From Rhodospirillales bacterium (GTDB lineage: Bacteria; Pseudomonadota; Alphaproteobacteria; Rhodospirillales; Casp-alpha2), in assembly GCA_040219295.1 (NCBI GenBank), contig JAVJST010000005.1, positions 795,557 to 859,556 of the forward strand: 64,000 bases of DNA, written 5' to 3'. The position numbers were made by a program, and so were the translations under genes. The notes beneath the pieces are model-generated. The model was not told the origin of the DNA, ran no database searches, and saw only the letters and a program-made list of their open reading frames with translations. Every line of letters starts with the position of its first letter. Position 1 is the stretch's first letter. Positions 1-8,055 of the stretch are shown here, one piece after another.

Positions 1-371
1 CAGGCCGCGATCGCCAGGTTGATCTTGTTGTTCTGAGCGCTGACGCCCATCATTTCGCTGCCGCGCCAAGCGACCGGCCGAATATAGCCGTCGACGATTT
101 CGTTCGCTTCGAGGACCGCTTCGCAGGCGGCATCTACCTCGGCAACACTGTACGGAATCTTGAAACCCATGACGTCGGCGGAATAGTGCAGCCGTTCGTT
201 ATGCTCGGTCAGTTTGAATATCTTACCGCCGTAGGCGCGTTCGCCCTCGAATACGCTCGACGCATAGTGCAGTCCGTGGGTCAGGACGTGGACCTTGGCG
301 TCGCGCCACGGCACCATTTCGCCATTGAACCATATGAATCCGTCACGATCGGCATAATTCTCGGCACTCAT
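1..371 (-). CDS. ilvE: branched-chain-amino-acid aminotransferase, N-terminal ~123 codons (gene runs off left edge)
   Basis: Not in the ORF track because it is open at the edge. The reverse complement from ATG (371-369) reads MSAENYADRDGFIWFNGEMVPWRDAKVHVLTHGLHYASSVFEGERAYGGKIF...GYIRPVAWRGSEMMG. This is the typical class IV (IlvE) aminotransferase N-terminus. Confidence 0.85.
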   Translation of the reverse strand, partial: MSAENYADRDGFIWFNGEMVPWRDAKVHVLTHGLHYASSVFEGERAYGGKIFKLTEHNERLHYSADVMGFKIPYSVAEVDAACEAVLEANEIVDGYIRPVAWRGSEMMGVSAQNNKINLAIAA

Positions 372-480
372 CGCAATAATCTTCCAAGTCAGCGGTTTAG
401 AGTTTAACAGTGTTGCATTCGGTACCAGTTCCGGGCATATATGTCAATAATGCTGACGTAAATCGATTGCACCTTTTCAT

Positions 481-960
481 ATGCCTCTTGCCAAAGCCAA
501 TCCCCTGTTCCTGCGTGACGCCGATTTGCGGGAGGCGCTGGAACTGCTTTTCTTCGGTTACAGGGATTTCACGTCGGAGGCAGACGCCATCCTCGCCAAC
601 TACGGGTTCGGCCGCGCCCATCACCGGGTGATCTATTTCGTTGGTGCCAACCCGGGCCTCTCGGTGAGCGAACTGCTTGGCACTCTTCAGGTAACCAAGC
701 AAAGTCTCTCACGGGTGCTGGGCCAGTTGGTTGATGAGCGGTTCGTCGAACAGCGGACCGATGCCGATGACCGGCGCAGGCGGTTGCTGTTTTTGACAGA
801 GAAAGGCCAGGGCCTTGAGAACGAGCTGACCGAAAGACAGTGCGCCTTGATCGCCAGGGCCTATCGGCAGGCGGGGGCTTCGTCGGTTGCCGGGTTTCGG
901 ACGGTGATGATGGGGATCATCAATGAGAAAGACCGCCAACGGTTCGACAGCAAGGATTGA
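481..960 (+). CDS. MarR-family transcriptional regulator
   Basis: 159-aa ORF with a winged-helix segment (LSVSELLGTLQVTKQSLSRVLGQLVDERFVEQRTDADDRRRRLLFLTEKG) typical of MarR. It is divergent from ilvE and directly upstream of an RR/HK pair. Confidence 0.8.
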   Translation: MPLAKANPLFLRDADLREALELLFFGYRDFTSEADAILANYGFGRAHHRVIYFVGANPGLSVSELLGTLQVTKQSLSRVLGQLVDERFVEQRTDADDRRRRLLFLTEKGQGLENELTERQCALIARAYRQAGASSVAGFRTVMMGIINEKDRQRFDSKD

Positions 961-1038
961 CGAAACGGCATGTCGCGCATCTCAATGCCATGCGTGACGT
1001 GTTAACCTCGCGGGTAGCAAGGAGAGCAACCGGCAGCC

Positions 1039-1731
1039 ATGATGTCCGCGTCGACTTCGGAACCACCGCATATTCTCGTCGTCGATGACGATGACCGCTT
1101 GCGCAGTTTGCTGCGCCAGTACCTAAGCGACAACAAGTTCATTGTATCGGTTGCGGCGGATGCCGCTGAAGCGCGGCGCTGCTTGGAGTCGATTACCTTC
1201 GACCTCATCGTGCTCGACCGCATGATGCCAGGAGAAACCGGCCTCGATCTTGCGGCCAGTCTCCGTCGCGCCAGCGAGGTGCCTATTCTCATGCTCACGG
1301 CCATGGCCGAGGCCGACGATCGGATCGACGGGCTCGAGGCGGGTGTCGACGACTATCTGACGAAGCCGTTCGAACCGCGTGAGTTGCTCTTGCGCATTCA
1401 GGGTATCCTGCGCCGTGTGCCGAAGGATGCGGGTGTCAAGGTTGTGACAATGGGCGATCATGAGTTTGACGCTGCCCGTGGCGAGTTGACCCGCGACGGA
1501 AGCCTCGTTCGCCTGACCGAGGCCGAAGCCGCTTTGTTGACGGCTTTGGCAGAGCGGGCGGGAGAAGTGCTCGAACGGGAACGGCTGATTGAACTGACCG
1601 GCGCCATCGGCACAGTCCGCGCGGTCGACGTTCAGGTCACGCGGCTGCGGCGAAAGATCGAGCGTGATCCGCGCGCTCCACGGTATCTACAGACCGTTCG
1701 CGGTCGCGGCTACGTCCTTCGTCCGGACTGA
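1039..1731 (+). CDS. OmpR/PhoB-family response regulator
   Basis: REC domain (ILVVDDDDRL...DLIVLDRMMPGETG...LTKPF) followed by a winged-helix trans_reg_C domain (VDVQVTRLRRKIE...YLQTVRGRGYVL). Confidence 0.9.
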   Translation: MMSASTSEPPHILVVDDDDRLRSLLRQYLSDNKFIVSVAADAAEARRCLESITFDLIVLDRMMPGETGLDLAASLRRASEVPILMLTAMAEADDRIDGLEAGVDDYLTKPFEPRELLLRIQGILRRVPKDAGVKVVTMGDHEFDAARGELTRDGSLVRLTEAEAALLTALAERAGEVLERERLIELTGAIGTVRAVDVQVTRLRRKIERDPRAPRYLQTVRGRGYVLRPD

Positions 1732-1741
1732 GGAGCACCGC

Positions 1742-3067
1742 GTGGCCGTCTCCTCCACAATCAAACGTTATCTTCCCCGGAGCCTGCTCGGACGGTCTCT
1801 TCTGATCATTGTGTCGCCGCTGATTCTGCTGCAGGTCGTTTCGGCGCTGATCTTCTACGAAAGCCACTGGGACAAGATCACTCGACGGCTGGCGGTCAGC
1901 GTCGCGGGAGACATCAGCGCGTTGATGATCCTCTGGCAGGAAGACCGTTCACCCGATAGACGCCGGGAGATCATCGACCTCGCTGCCGCGACGATGGGCT
2001 TGTCGCTGACGTTCAGGCCCGACGACGTGTTGAATTCTGTCGACACGCGTTCGACTGTTAGCGGCGACCTCGACACGACGTTGTACCGCGTCATCTCGTC
2101 GTACGTGAATCGGCCTATTCAGCTCGATTCGGACAGTCTGGAAGATCACGTGGTGATCGAGGTTCAACTTTCCGAAGGTGTCATGGAAGTCGTCGTGCCT
2201 CGCAAGCGGCTGTCCAGTTCAACGACCTACGTTTTCATCATCTGGATGGTGGGTTCTTCGTTGATCCTTTTTTCGGTGGCGATGATCTTCATGCGCAACC
2301 AGATCCGGCCGATCGGCAGGCTCGCGGTTGCCGCCGACAACTTCGGCAAGGGTCGGAACGTCGAGAGCTTCAAGCCTGAGGGCGCGACCGAGGTCCGCCA
2401 GGCGGCACAGGCATTCCTCGCGATGCGCGAGCGCATCCAGCGCCAGATATCGCAGCGCACGGACATGCTGGCCGGCGTGTCGCATGATCTCAGAACGCCG
2501 ATCACCCGGATCCGACTTCAACTTGCTTTGCTTGAAGGCAAGGAAGGGGTCGAGTCCCTGAAGGCGGATATCGATGACATGGAGTACATGCTCGAGGAGT
2601 ATCTTGCCTTCGCCCGTGGCGAAGGGACCGAGAGACCTGAGGAGACCAAGCTCAGCCTGCTTATCGAAGACGCCATCGAACGATGCCGGACGGAAGACGC
2701 GCACATCGATCTCCATATCGAGGAGGACATCAGTCTGGTTGTCCGTCCCAATGCGTTGAAGCGCGCCATCACCAATCTGGTGGAAAACGCTACCCGATAC
2801 GGCGATCACGTGCAGGTCCGGGCCGGGCGTCGCGGCGACCACGTCGAAATCGCCATCGACGACGACGGACCGGGCGTGCCGGCGGACAAGCGCGAGGATG
2901 TTTTCAAGCCATTCTTCCGGATCGAGAAGTCTCGAAATCCCGGTACCGGCGGCGTGGGTCTGGGGCTAGCGATCGCCCGCGACGTGGTGCGTGGCCATGG
3001 CGGCGACATTCTGCTTGATGACTCGCCGCTCGGCGGGCTGCGGGCCAGTTTCCGGCTGCCAGTATAA
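1742..3067 (+). CDS. sensor histidine kinase (EnvZ-like: 2 TM, HAMP, HisKA, HATPase_c)
   Basis: H-box MLAGVSHDLRTPITRI, N-box NLVENATRYG, G-boxes DDDGPGV and GTGGVGLGLAI. The track ORF starts at 1664 inside the RR gene. I prefer the in-frame GTG at 1742, which lies 6 nt after GAGGAG and after the RR stop. Confidence 0.85.
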   Translation: MAVSSTIKRYLPRSLLGRSLLIIVSPLILLQVVSALIFYESHWDKITRRLAVSVAGDISALMILWQEDRSPDRRREIIDLAAATMGLSLTFRPDDVLNSVDTRSTVSGDLDTTLYRVISSYVNRPIQLDSDSLEDHVVIEVQLSEGVMEVVVPRKRLSSSTTYVFIIWMVGSSLILFSVAMIFMRNQIRPIGRLAVAADNFGKGRNVESFKPEGATEVRQAAQAFLAMRERIQRQISQRTDMLAGVSHDLRTPITRIRLQLALLEGKEGVESLKADIDDMEYMLEEYLAFARGEGTERPEETKLSLLIEDAIERCRTEDAHIDLHIEEDISLVVRPNALKRAITNLVENATRYGDHVQVRAGRRGDHVEIAIDDDGPGVPADKREDVFKPFFRIEKSRNPGTGGVGLGLAIARDVVRGHGGDILLDDSPLGGLRASFRLPV

Positions 3068-3084
3068 GTGGGAAATTGGTGGCC

Positions 3085-4335
3085 ATGGAGATCGTGCAAA
3101 GCCTGACCGGACTGCTGGCATTGAGTGGTCTTGCCTGGCTGTTTGGTGAGCGACGACGAATCAATGCGTGGAAAACGGTGGCTGTCGGACTTGCTGCGCA
3201 GTTGATCGTGGCGGCGATCCTGCTCGACATCCAGTTCGCCCGCCAGGTTTTCTCGTGGCTGAACGCCGCCGTTCTGGCCCTGCAGGACGCGACGAGGGCA
3301 GGCACGTCGTTCGTCTTCGGCTACCTTGGAGGCGGTGCGCTGCCGTTTACCGAGAGTTATCCGGGCGCGGCATTCGTCCTGGCGTTTCAGGCGCTGCCGC
3401 TGATCCTCGTGACCAGCGCTTTGACCGCGCTTCTCTACCACCTGCGAATCCTGCCGCTGGTCGTCAGGGCGTTCGCGTGGGCCTTGCAGCGAACCCTCGG
3501 CGTGAGCGGGACCGTCGGCGTCAGTGCTGCTGCCAACATCTTTGTCGGCATGGTTGAGGCACCTTTGTTCGTTCGGCCGTACCTGTCAGGGCTCAGTCGC
3601 AGCGAACTGTTCATGGTGATGACATGCGGCATGGCGACGATCGCGGGCACCGTTTTCGCGCTCTACGCGACGTTTCTGGCAGGAGTCATCGACAACGCGG
3701 CGGGTCATCTCTTGACGGCCTCGCTGATCAGCGTGCCGGCAGCGATTATGGTGGCGCGGCTCATGGTGCCGGGCGAGTGCGCGGACTCCGCGATTTCCAA
3801 TGTCGATCTGCCGCCGTCGTCGGACAGATCGACGATGGACGCGATCACGCGGGGGACGATCGAAGGCGTCGGCCTGCTGCTCAACGTGACAGCGATGCTG
3901 ATCGTTCTGGTCGCGCTTGTTTCGTTGTTCGACATGGTCATCGGCCTGCTTCCAGAGGTGGCGGGGATGCCGTTGTCACTGGAGAGGATTCTCGGGTGGG
4001 TCATGGCCCCGGTCGTCTGGTTGATGGGCGTGCCGTGGGATGAGGCACCTACGGCCGGATCGCTCATGGGCACCAAGGTTGTCCTTAACGAGTTGCTGGC
4101 CTACCTGAAGATGGCCGCGCTGCCGGACGGCGCCCTTTCGCCGCGTTCCCGGCTCATCATGACTTACGCGATCTGCGGGTTTGCCAACTTCGGTAGTCTG
4201 GGGATCATGCTGGGTGGTCTGTGCGCGATGATGCCCGAGCGCCGCGAGGAGATCGTTGGCCTGGGCATGAAGTCGATCGTGTCTGGAACTCTGGCGACTT
4301 GTTTGACTGGTGCCGTGGTCGGCATTCTCGGCTGA
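3085..4335 (+). CDS. NupC/CNT-family nucleoside:cation symporter
   Basis: Polytopic membrane protein with the CNT N-terminal, central and C-terminal pattern (GTSFVFG, ANIFVGMVEAPL, MTCGMATIAG, GFANFGSLGI). The start is ATG 3085 or TTG 3076. Confidence 0.8.
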   Translation: MEIVQSLTGLLALSGLAWLFGERRRINAWKTVAVGLAAQLIVAAILLDIQFARQVFSWLNAAVLALQDATRAGTSFVFGYLGGGALPFTESYPGAAFVLAFQALPLILVTSALTALLYHLRILPLVVRAFAWALQRTLGVSGTVGVSAAANIFVGMVEAPLFVRPYLSGLSRSELFMVMTCGMATIAGTVFALYATFLAGVIDNAAGHLLTASLISVPAAIMVARLMVPGECADSAISNVDLPPSSDRSTMDAITRGTIEGVGLLLNVTAMLIVLVALVSLFDMVIGLLPEVAGMPLSLERILGWVMAPVVWLMGVPWDEAPTAGSLMGTKVVLNELLAYLKMAALPDGALSPRSRLIMTYAICGFANFGSLGIMLGGLCAMMPERREEIVGLGMKSIVSGTLATCLTGAVVGILG

Positions 4336-4456
4336 GACGCCTTCACCGACATGTGATCAGGCTTTAGTTCTCTTCGCTACGGCGACTCTGGCATGAATTC
4401 CACTAGCGCGTCTTATGGACACGCGGCTTTTGGGATCATGCAAGGGAGAACGAAGA

Positions 4457-4750
4457 ATGAAACGCCAAGTCAAAACCGCAGCCGTTGTAGCCGGCGCCAT
4501 CGCTCTATCGACGGCCAGTCTTGTGACCGGCACCGCACACGCCGCCGAACAGGAGAAATGCTACGGCGTCGCGCTTGCCGGTGAGAACGACTGTGCGGCG
4601 GGTGCCGGTACAACCTGTGCCGGAACGTCGACAGTCGATTACCAGGGGAATGCGTGGACACTGGTGCCGAAGGGCACATGCGAATCCGTCGAGCTTCCGG
4701 GCGACCGCATGGGCAGTCTCGAGCCGCTGGACCGTGATATCCCGAGCTAA
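4457..4750 (+). CDS. bufA: DUF2282-type exported 4-Cys peptide (bufferin-like RiPP precursor)
   Basis: 97 aa from ATG 4457, with GGGAGA 7 nt upstream. Sec signal [29 protein letters not shown]|AE. The core has four Cys in [45 protein letters not shown], the DUF2282 signature. The track ORF (4415) starts further upstream. Confidence 0.85.
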   Translation: MKRQVKTAAVVAGAIALSTASLVTGTAHAAEQEKCYGVALAGENDCAAGAGTTCAGTSTVDYQGNAWTLVPKGTCESVELPGDRMGSLEPLDRDIPS

Positions 4751-4789
4751 GTCCCTTCGCCAACGATCGCGCTGATCGGAGGACCCGAG

Positions 4790-5656
4790 ATGCTTGCTTC
4801 AGGCGATTTCTCGCGCAGGCCGGGCGTCGGCCTCAAGCCGCAGCACGTCGAGGAAATCCTGGCTGACGGAAAGGGGGTTGGCTGGTTCGAGGTGCATGCC
4901 GAGAACTATATGGGTGCCGGTGGACCGCCGCATGCCTGGCTCGAAAAAGTCAGGTCCTGCTACCCGCTGTCGGTGCATGGCGTCGGGTTGTCAATTGGCG
5001 GTTCCGGTGAGATCGACCGTGCGCATCTTGCCCGTCTAAAAACGGTTGTCGATCGGTACGAGCCGGGACTGGTTTCGGAACACCTGGCATGGTCGACTCA
5101 TCAGGGCCGCTACTTCAATGATCTCTTGGCAGTGCCATACACGAGAGAGACGTTGCAGTTGGTCTGTGAGCATGTCGACGAGGTACAAACGGCTCTGGGA
5201 CGCCGCATCCTGCTGGAAAACCCTGCGACCTATGTTTGGCATGAGGAAAGCGTGTTCGACGAACCGGCGTTCATTGCCGAAGTTCTTCAGCGCGCCGGAT
5301 GCGGTCTGTTGCTTGACGTGAACAATGTTCACGTCGCCTGCACCAATCACGGATGGGACTCGGCAGAGTACATCCGTCAACTCCCGACCGCTGTCGGCGA
5401 AGTACATCTTGCGGGCCATGCGGAAGATGTGGGCGATGATGATCGCGTCGTGCTGATCGATGCACACGACAGACGGGTGTCGGCGGAGGTGTGGGCTTTG
5501 TTCGAACTTGCCATCGAGCATACGGGCCGCGTACCGGTGCTGATCGAATGGGACAACGACATCCCCGAGTGGCCGGTTCTGGCCGGGGAGGCTGACCTCG
5601 CTGCTGCAGTCATGGACCGGAGCAATACTGACCGCGGAGCGCGTCATGTGGCATGA
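4790..5656 (+). CDS. bufB: DUF692 / MNIO-family (MbnB-like multinuclear non-heme iron) enzyme
   Basis: 288 aa with TIM-barrel DUF692 motifs: GVGLKPQH, FEVHAENYMG, SVHGVGLSIG, SEHLAW, LLENPATY, LLLDVNNVHV, EVHLAGH, LIEWDNDIP. Confidence 0.9.
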   Translation: MLASGDFSRRPGVGLKPQHVEEILADGKGVGWFEVHAENYMGAGGPPHAWLEKVRSCYPLSVHGVGLSIGGSGEIDRAHLARLKTVVDRYEPGLVSEHLAWSTHQGRYFNDLLAVPYTRETLQLVCEHVDEVQTALGRRILLENPATYVWHEESVFDEPAFIAEVLQRAGCGLLLDVNNVHVACTNHGWDSAEYIRQLPTAVGEVHLAGHAEDVGDDDRVVLIDAHDRRVSAEVWALFELAIEHTGRVPVLIEWDNDIPEWPVLAGEADLAAAVMDRSNTDRGARHVA

Positions 5657-6407
5657 TCGTCAGCAAGGATGGAGTGACGGCCTGCTGAATCCACAGGTCG
5701 TTCCGGTGGGTATCGCGAGCGACCGGTTCGCAATACACCGAAACAATTTCGCATTGAGCTTGATAGAGTTGCTTCGCGGAACTTTTCCCGTCGTCAGCGC
5801 TTTGCTCGGCGAGGATTGTTTCAACACAATGGCTCGGCAATTTATCCGCCGCGATCCCCCGCGTTCCCCGGTTCTGATCGAATACGGTCGTACATTCGGC
5901 CGATTCCTCGAGGCGCACGAGCTTTCTGACGAAGTACCTTATATCGCAGATGTGGCTCGTCTGGAGTGGGCGCGTCACGAAGCCTTTCATGCCGCCGACA
6001 CGGAGCCCGCCGGGATTGCTGCTCTGGCAGGCATCCCGGCAGACGATCTCGATGAACTGCACCTTCGGGTGCATCCGTCGGTGCGTTTGGTTTACTCTCG
6101 CTGGCCGGCAGTGTCGATCTGGCATGCACACCAAGAAAAGGGGACGCCTGAAGCGCTCGCCAACCTGCCGGCAATCGCGGAAACCGCCCTGGTGGTGCGG
6201 CCGGCGCTGGACGTTGAGGTCAGGATTATCGCCGACCAGGCGGCGGCTTTCCTGGCAGCCGTGATGAAGGGCAACCCGTTGGGTAGGGCGATCGGGGCCG
6301 CCATGGCCGAAGGTCCGGGCGACATCGCCGCCTGCCTGGACGGAGCATTCTCATCAGGTGCTATTGCCGGCATCGATTTTCAGTCGCACGAACCGGGAGG
6401 ACGATAG
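5646..6407 (+). CDS. bufC: DUF2063-domain partner protein of the MNIO enzyme
   Basis: 253 aa with FAIHRNNFALSLIELLRGTFPVVSALLGEDCFNTMARQFIRRDPPRSPVLIEYG...ADVARLEWA, typical of DUF2063. The start overlaps the bufB stop by 11 nt. Confidence 0.85.
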   Translation: MWHDRQQGWSDGLLNPQVVPVGIASDRFAIHRNNFALSLIELLRGTFPVVSALLGEDCFNTMARQFIRRDPPRSPVLIEYGRTFGRFLEAHELSDEVPYIADVARLEWARHEAFHAADTEPAGIAALAGIPADDLDELHLRVHPSVRLVYSRWPAVSIWHAHQEKGTPEALANLPAIAETALVVRPALDVEVRIIADQAAAFLAAVMKGNPLGRAIGAAMAEGPGDIAACLDGAFSSGAIAGIDFQSHEPGGR

Positions 6408-6985
6408 TGATCATCCGACTTGTCATCCGGACTCATGATCTGGTCTTCAACACCTTGACCCGGTTCGCTGGCGACTGGTTCCTCGGTTTGGCTGCCCGTT
6501 TGGTTTTGTCCAGCGTGCTCTTGGTGTTCTTCCTCAGATCCGCCGCAACCAAGGTCGGTGACGGTTTTCCCGGTATCCTGGTGCCCGAAATCGGCGCCTA
6601 CGCACAGATTGTGCCGTCGGTCGCGGAGTCCGTATCGTATGACGTCAGCCAGATCGCCTTCATCCCCTGGGGACTGATAGTACATCTCGGCACTTACGCT
6701 GAGGTCCTCTTGCCGTTGATGATACTGTTCGGGTTGTTCACACGAGCCGCCAGCATGGCGATGATTGCATTCATCGCTGTCATGACCTTCGTTGATATCC
6801 AGTTTCATGGTGTCAGCGCCGAGGCCGTCGGCGCTTTCTTCGACCGAACCCACGATTCACCGATCACCGACCAGCGGCTGCTTTGGGCTTTTCCTCTCGC
6901 CTATCTCATGATCCGCGGCGGCGGGCGTCTCTCACTGGACGCCGTGCTACGTCAGTACATGCGTCCGCCAAGCGGTACATCCTGA
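6407..6985 (+). CDS. DoxX-family integral membrane protein (4th gene of the RiPP operon)
   Basis: 192-aa multi-TM protein with a DoxX-like pattern. Its GTG start shares 1 nt with the TAG stop of the DUF2063 gene (taGtg). Confidence 0.75.
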   Translation: MIIRLVIRTHDLVFNTLTRFAGDWFLGLAARLVLSSVLLVFFLRSAATKVGDGFPGILVPEIGAYAQIVPSVAESVSYDVSQIAFIPWGLIVHLGTYAEVLLPLMILFGLFTRAASMAMIAFIAVMTFVDIQFHGVSAEAVGAFFDRTHDSPITDQRLLWAFPLAYLMIRGGGRLSLDAVLRQYMRPPSGTS

Positions 6986-7287
6986 TCGGGGCGCAGCAGG
7001 ACGACTTCGCCGTCCTCGTCGGGGACGCCGAGGACCAGACATTCGCTCATGAACTTGCCGATCTGCTTGGGTGGAAAGTTGACCACACCAACGACCCGCC
7101 GCCCGGGAAGTGTCTCCGGGTCGTAGTGTCTCGTGATCTGAGCAGACGTCTTGCGCTCACCAATCTCCGGACCGAAGTCGACCCACATCTTGATCGCCGG
7201 TTTGCGGGCTTCGGGGTACGGCTCGGCGCGCACGATCCGGCCGACGCGGATATCGACCTTCAGGAAGTCCTCGAAAGAAAGATCCAT
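6952..7287 (-). CDS. tRNA-binding domain protein (CsaA/YgjH-like)
   Basis: [52 protein letters not shown]...[20 protein letters not shown] matches the CsaA/EMAP-type OB fold. I prefer the ATG at 7287 over the track start at 7311. Confidence 0.8.
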   Translation of the reverse strand: MDLSFEDFLKVDIRVGRIVRAEPYPEARKPAIKMWVDFGPEIGERKTSAQITRHYDPETLPGRRVVGVVNFPPKQIGKFMSECLVLGVPDEDGEVVLLRPDQDVPLGGRMY

Positions 7288-7360
7288 GGTGATGCCCCCT
7301 TGTCGTCTCACAGGGGGACACTAGTGCCGACGAGCGCGCGAGAACAAGGCCGTGTAGGCA

Positions 7361-7398
7361 ATAAAATGCGCGCCGCCCGGGAGACCGGAGCGGCGCGC
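7361..7398 (-). terminator. Rho-independent terminator after the phasin gene
   Basis: 9-bp GC stem GCGCGCCGC (7368-7376) pairs with GCGGCGCGC (7390-7398) around a 13-nt loop. On the minus strand it is followed by ATTTTATT (7367-7360). Confidence 0.7.
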
Positions 7399-7427
7399 AA
7401 GGGGAGGATCCGAGATTTGGTCTGCGA

Positions 7428-7907
7428 TTACTTCGCGAGCTGCTCGGAGATCGCCTTCACTTCGTCGAAGCTCTCCTGGATTCGGGTGTTGATCGGCTCA
7501 GAAGCGGCAACGTTGGTCTTGTTGACGAGGTCACGCAGCCCGGCGAGGTCGGCAACGGCCTTGTCATAGGCCTTGCGGGCAATCTCGGTCTGTTTGGTGA
7601 CCGCATCCTTCGGGCTCTTGGCCTTGCCGATGGCGTCGAAAGCGGCCTGCGTGTCGGCAACGGCGTCGCGAACGATCTGGGCCTGGCGGGTCGACAGGGT
7701 ACGAACACCCTCGAGCGCGGCCTGGTTGGCGGCGTTAACGGCTTCGAGCGTCTTGCGCTGGCTGGCCATCATGGCTTCGATGTCGGCAGTCGGCATCTCA
7801 AAGCCCTGGAACATCTTGGCGAACTGTTCGGTGGCTTTGGCCGGATCGAAGTCGGCAAAGGTTTTGAACATGTCAAAATCGGCGAAAGTCGGGGTCTTGC
7901 GGGTCAT
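7428..7907 (-). CDS. phaP: phasin-family PHA granule protein
   Basis: 159-aa Ala/Gln/Lys-rich helical protein (FQGFEMPTADIEAMMASQRKTLEAVNAANQAALEGVRTLSTRQAQIVRDAV...), typical of alphaproteobacterial phasins. Confidence 0.8.
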   Translation of the reverse strand: MTRKTPTFADFDMFKTFADFDPAKATEQFAKMFQGFEMPTADIEAMMASQRKTLEAVNAANQAALEGVRTLSTRQAQIVRDAVADTQAAFDAIGKAKSPKDAVTKQTEIARKAYDKAVADLAGLRDLVNKTNVAASEPINTRIQESFDEVKAISEQLAK

Positions 7908-7955
7908 TTCAAATCTCCAATGAGTGTGGCTCGATTAAGGTCGAGTGAAACTGTT

Positions 7956-7970
7956 TTGTGCAGTGCACAA
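7956..7970. promoter_or_regulatory. candidate operator 1 in the phasin promoter: palindrome TTGTGCAgTGCACAA
   Basis: Perfect 7-1-7 inverted repeat 49 bp upstream of the phasin ATG. An identical copy lies 56 bp further upstream. Confidence 0.5.
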
Positions 7971-8011
7971 TGGGGAGAATATGAAACTTGGTAACGGAAG
8001 TCAATGGTTTT

Positions 8012-8026
8012 TTGTGCAGTGCACAA
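8012..8026. promoter_or_regulatory. candidate operator 2: identical palindrome TTGTGCAgTGCACAA
   Basis: Exact repeat of 7956-7970 (16 nt identical including the preceding T). It lies between the TetR stop (8056) and the phasin start. Confidence 0.5.
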
Positions 8027-8055
8027 AAAATTATCTCGCTACTGCGATATGATCT

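Noticed and set aside
6883-7569. 228-aa plus-strand ORF spanning the csaA-like gene and the phasin terminator region.
   Set aside because: It is antisense to a motif-supported tRNA-binding protein gene, crosses an intergenic terminator hairpin, and has an Arg/Leu/Ser-rich composition with no family resemblance.
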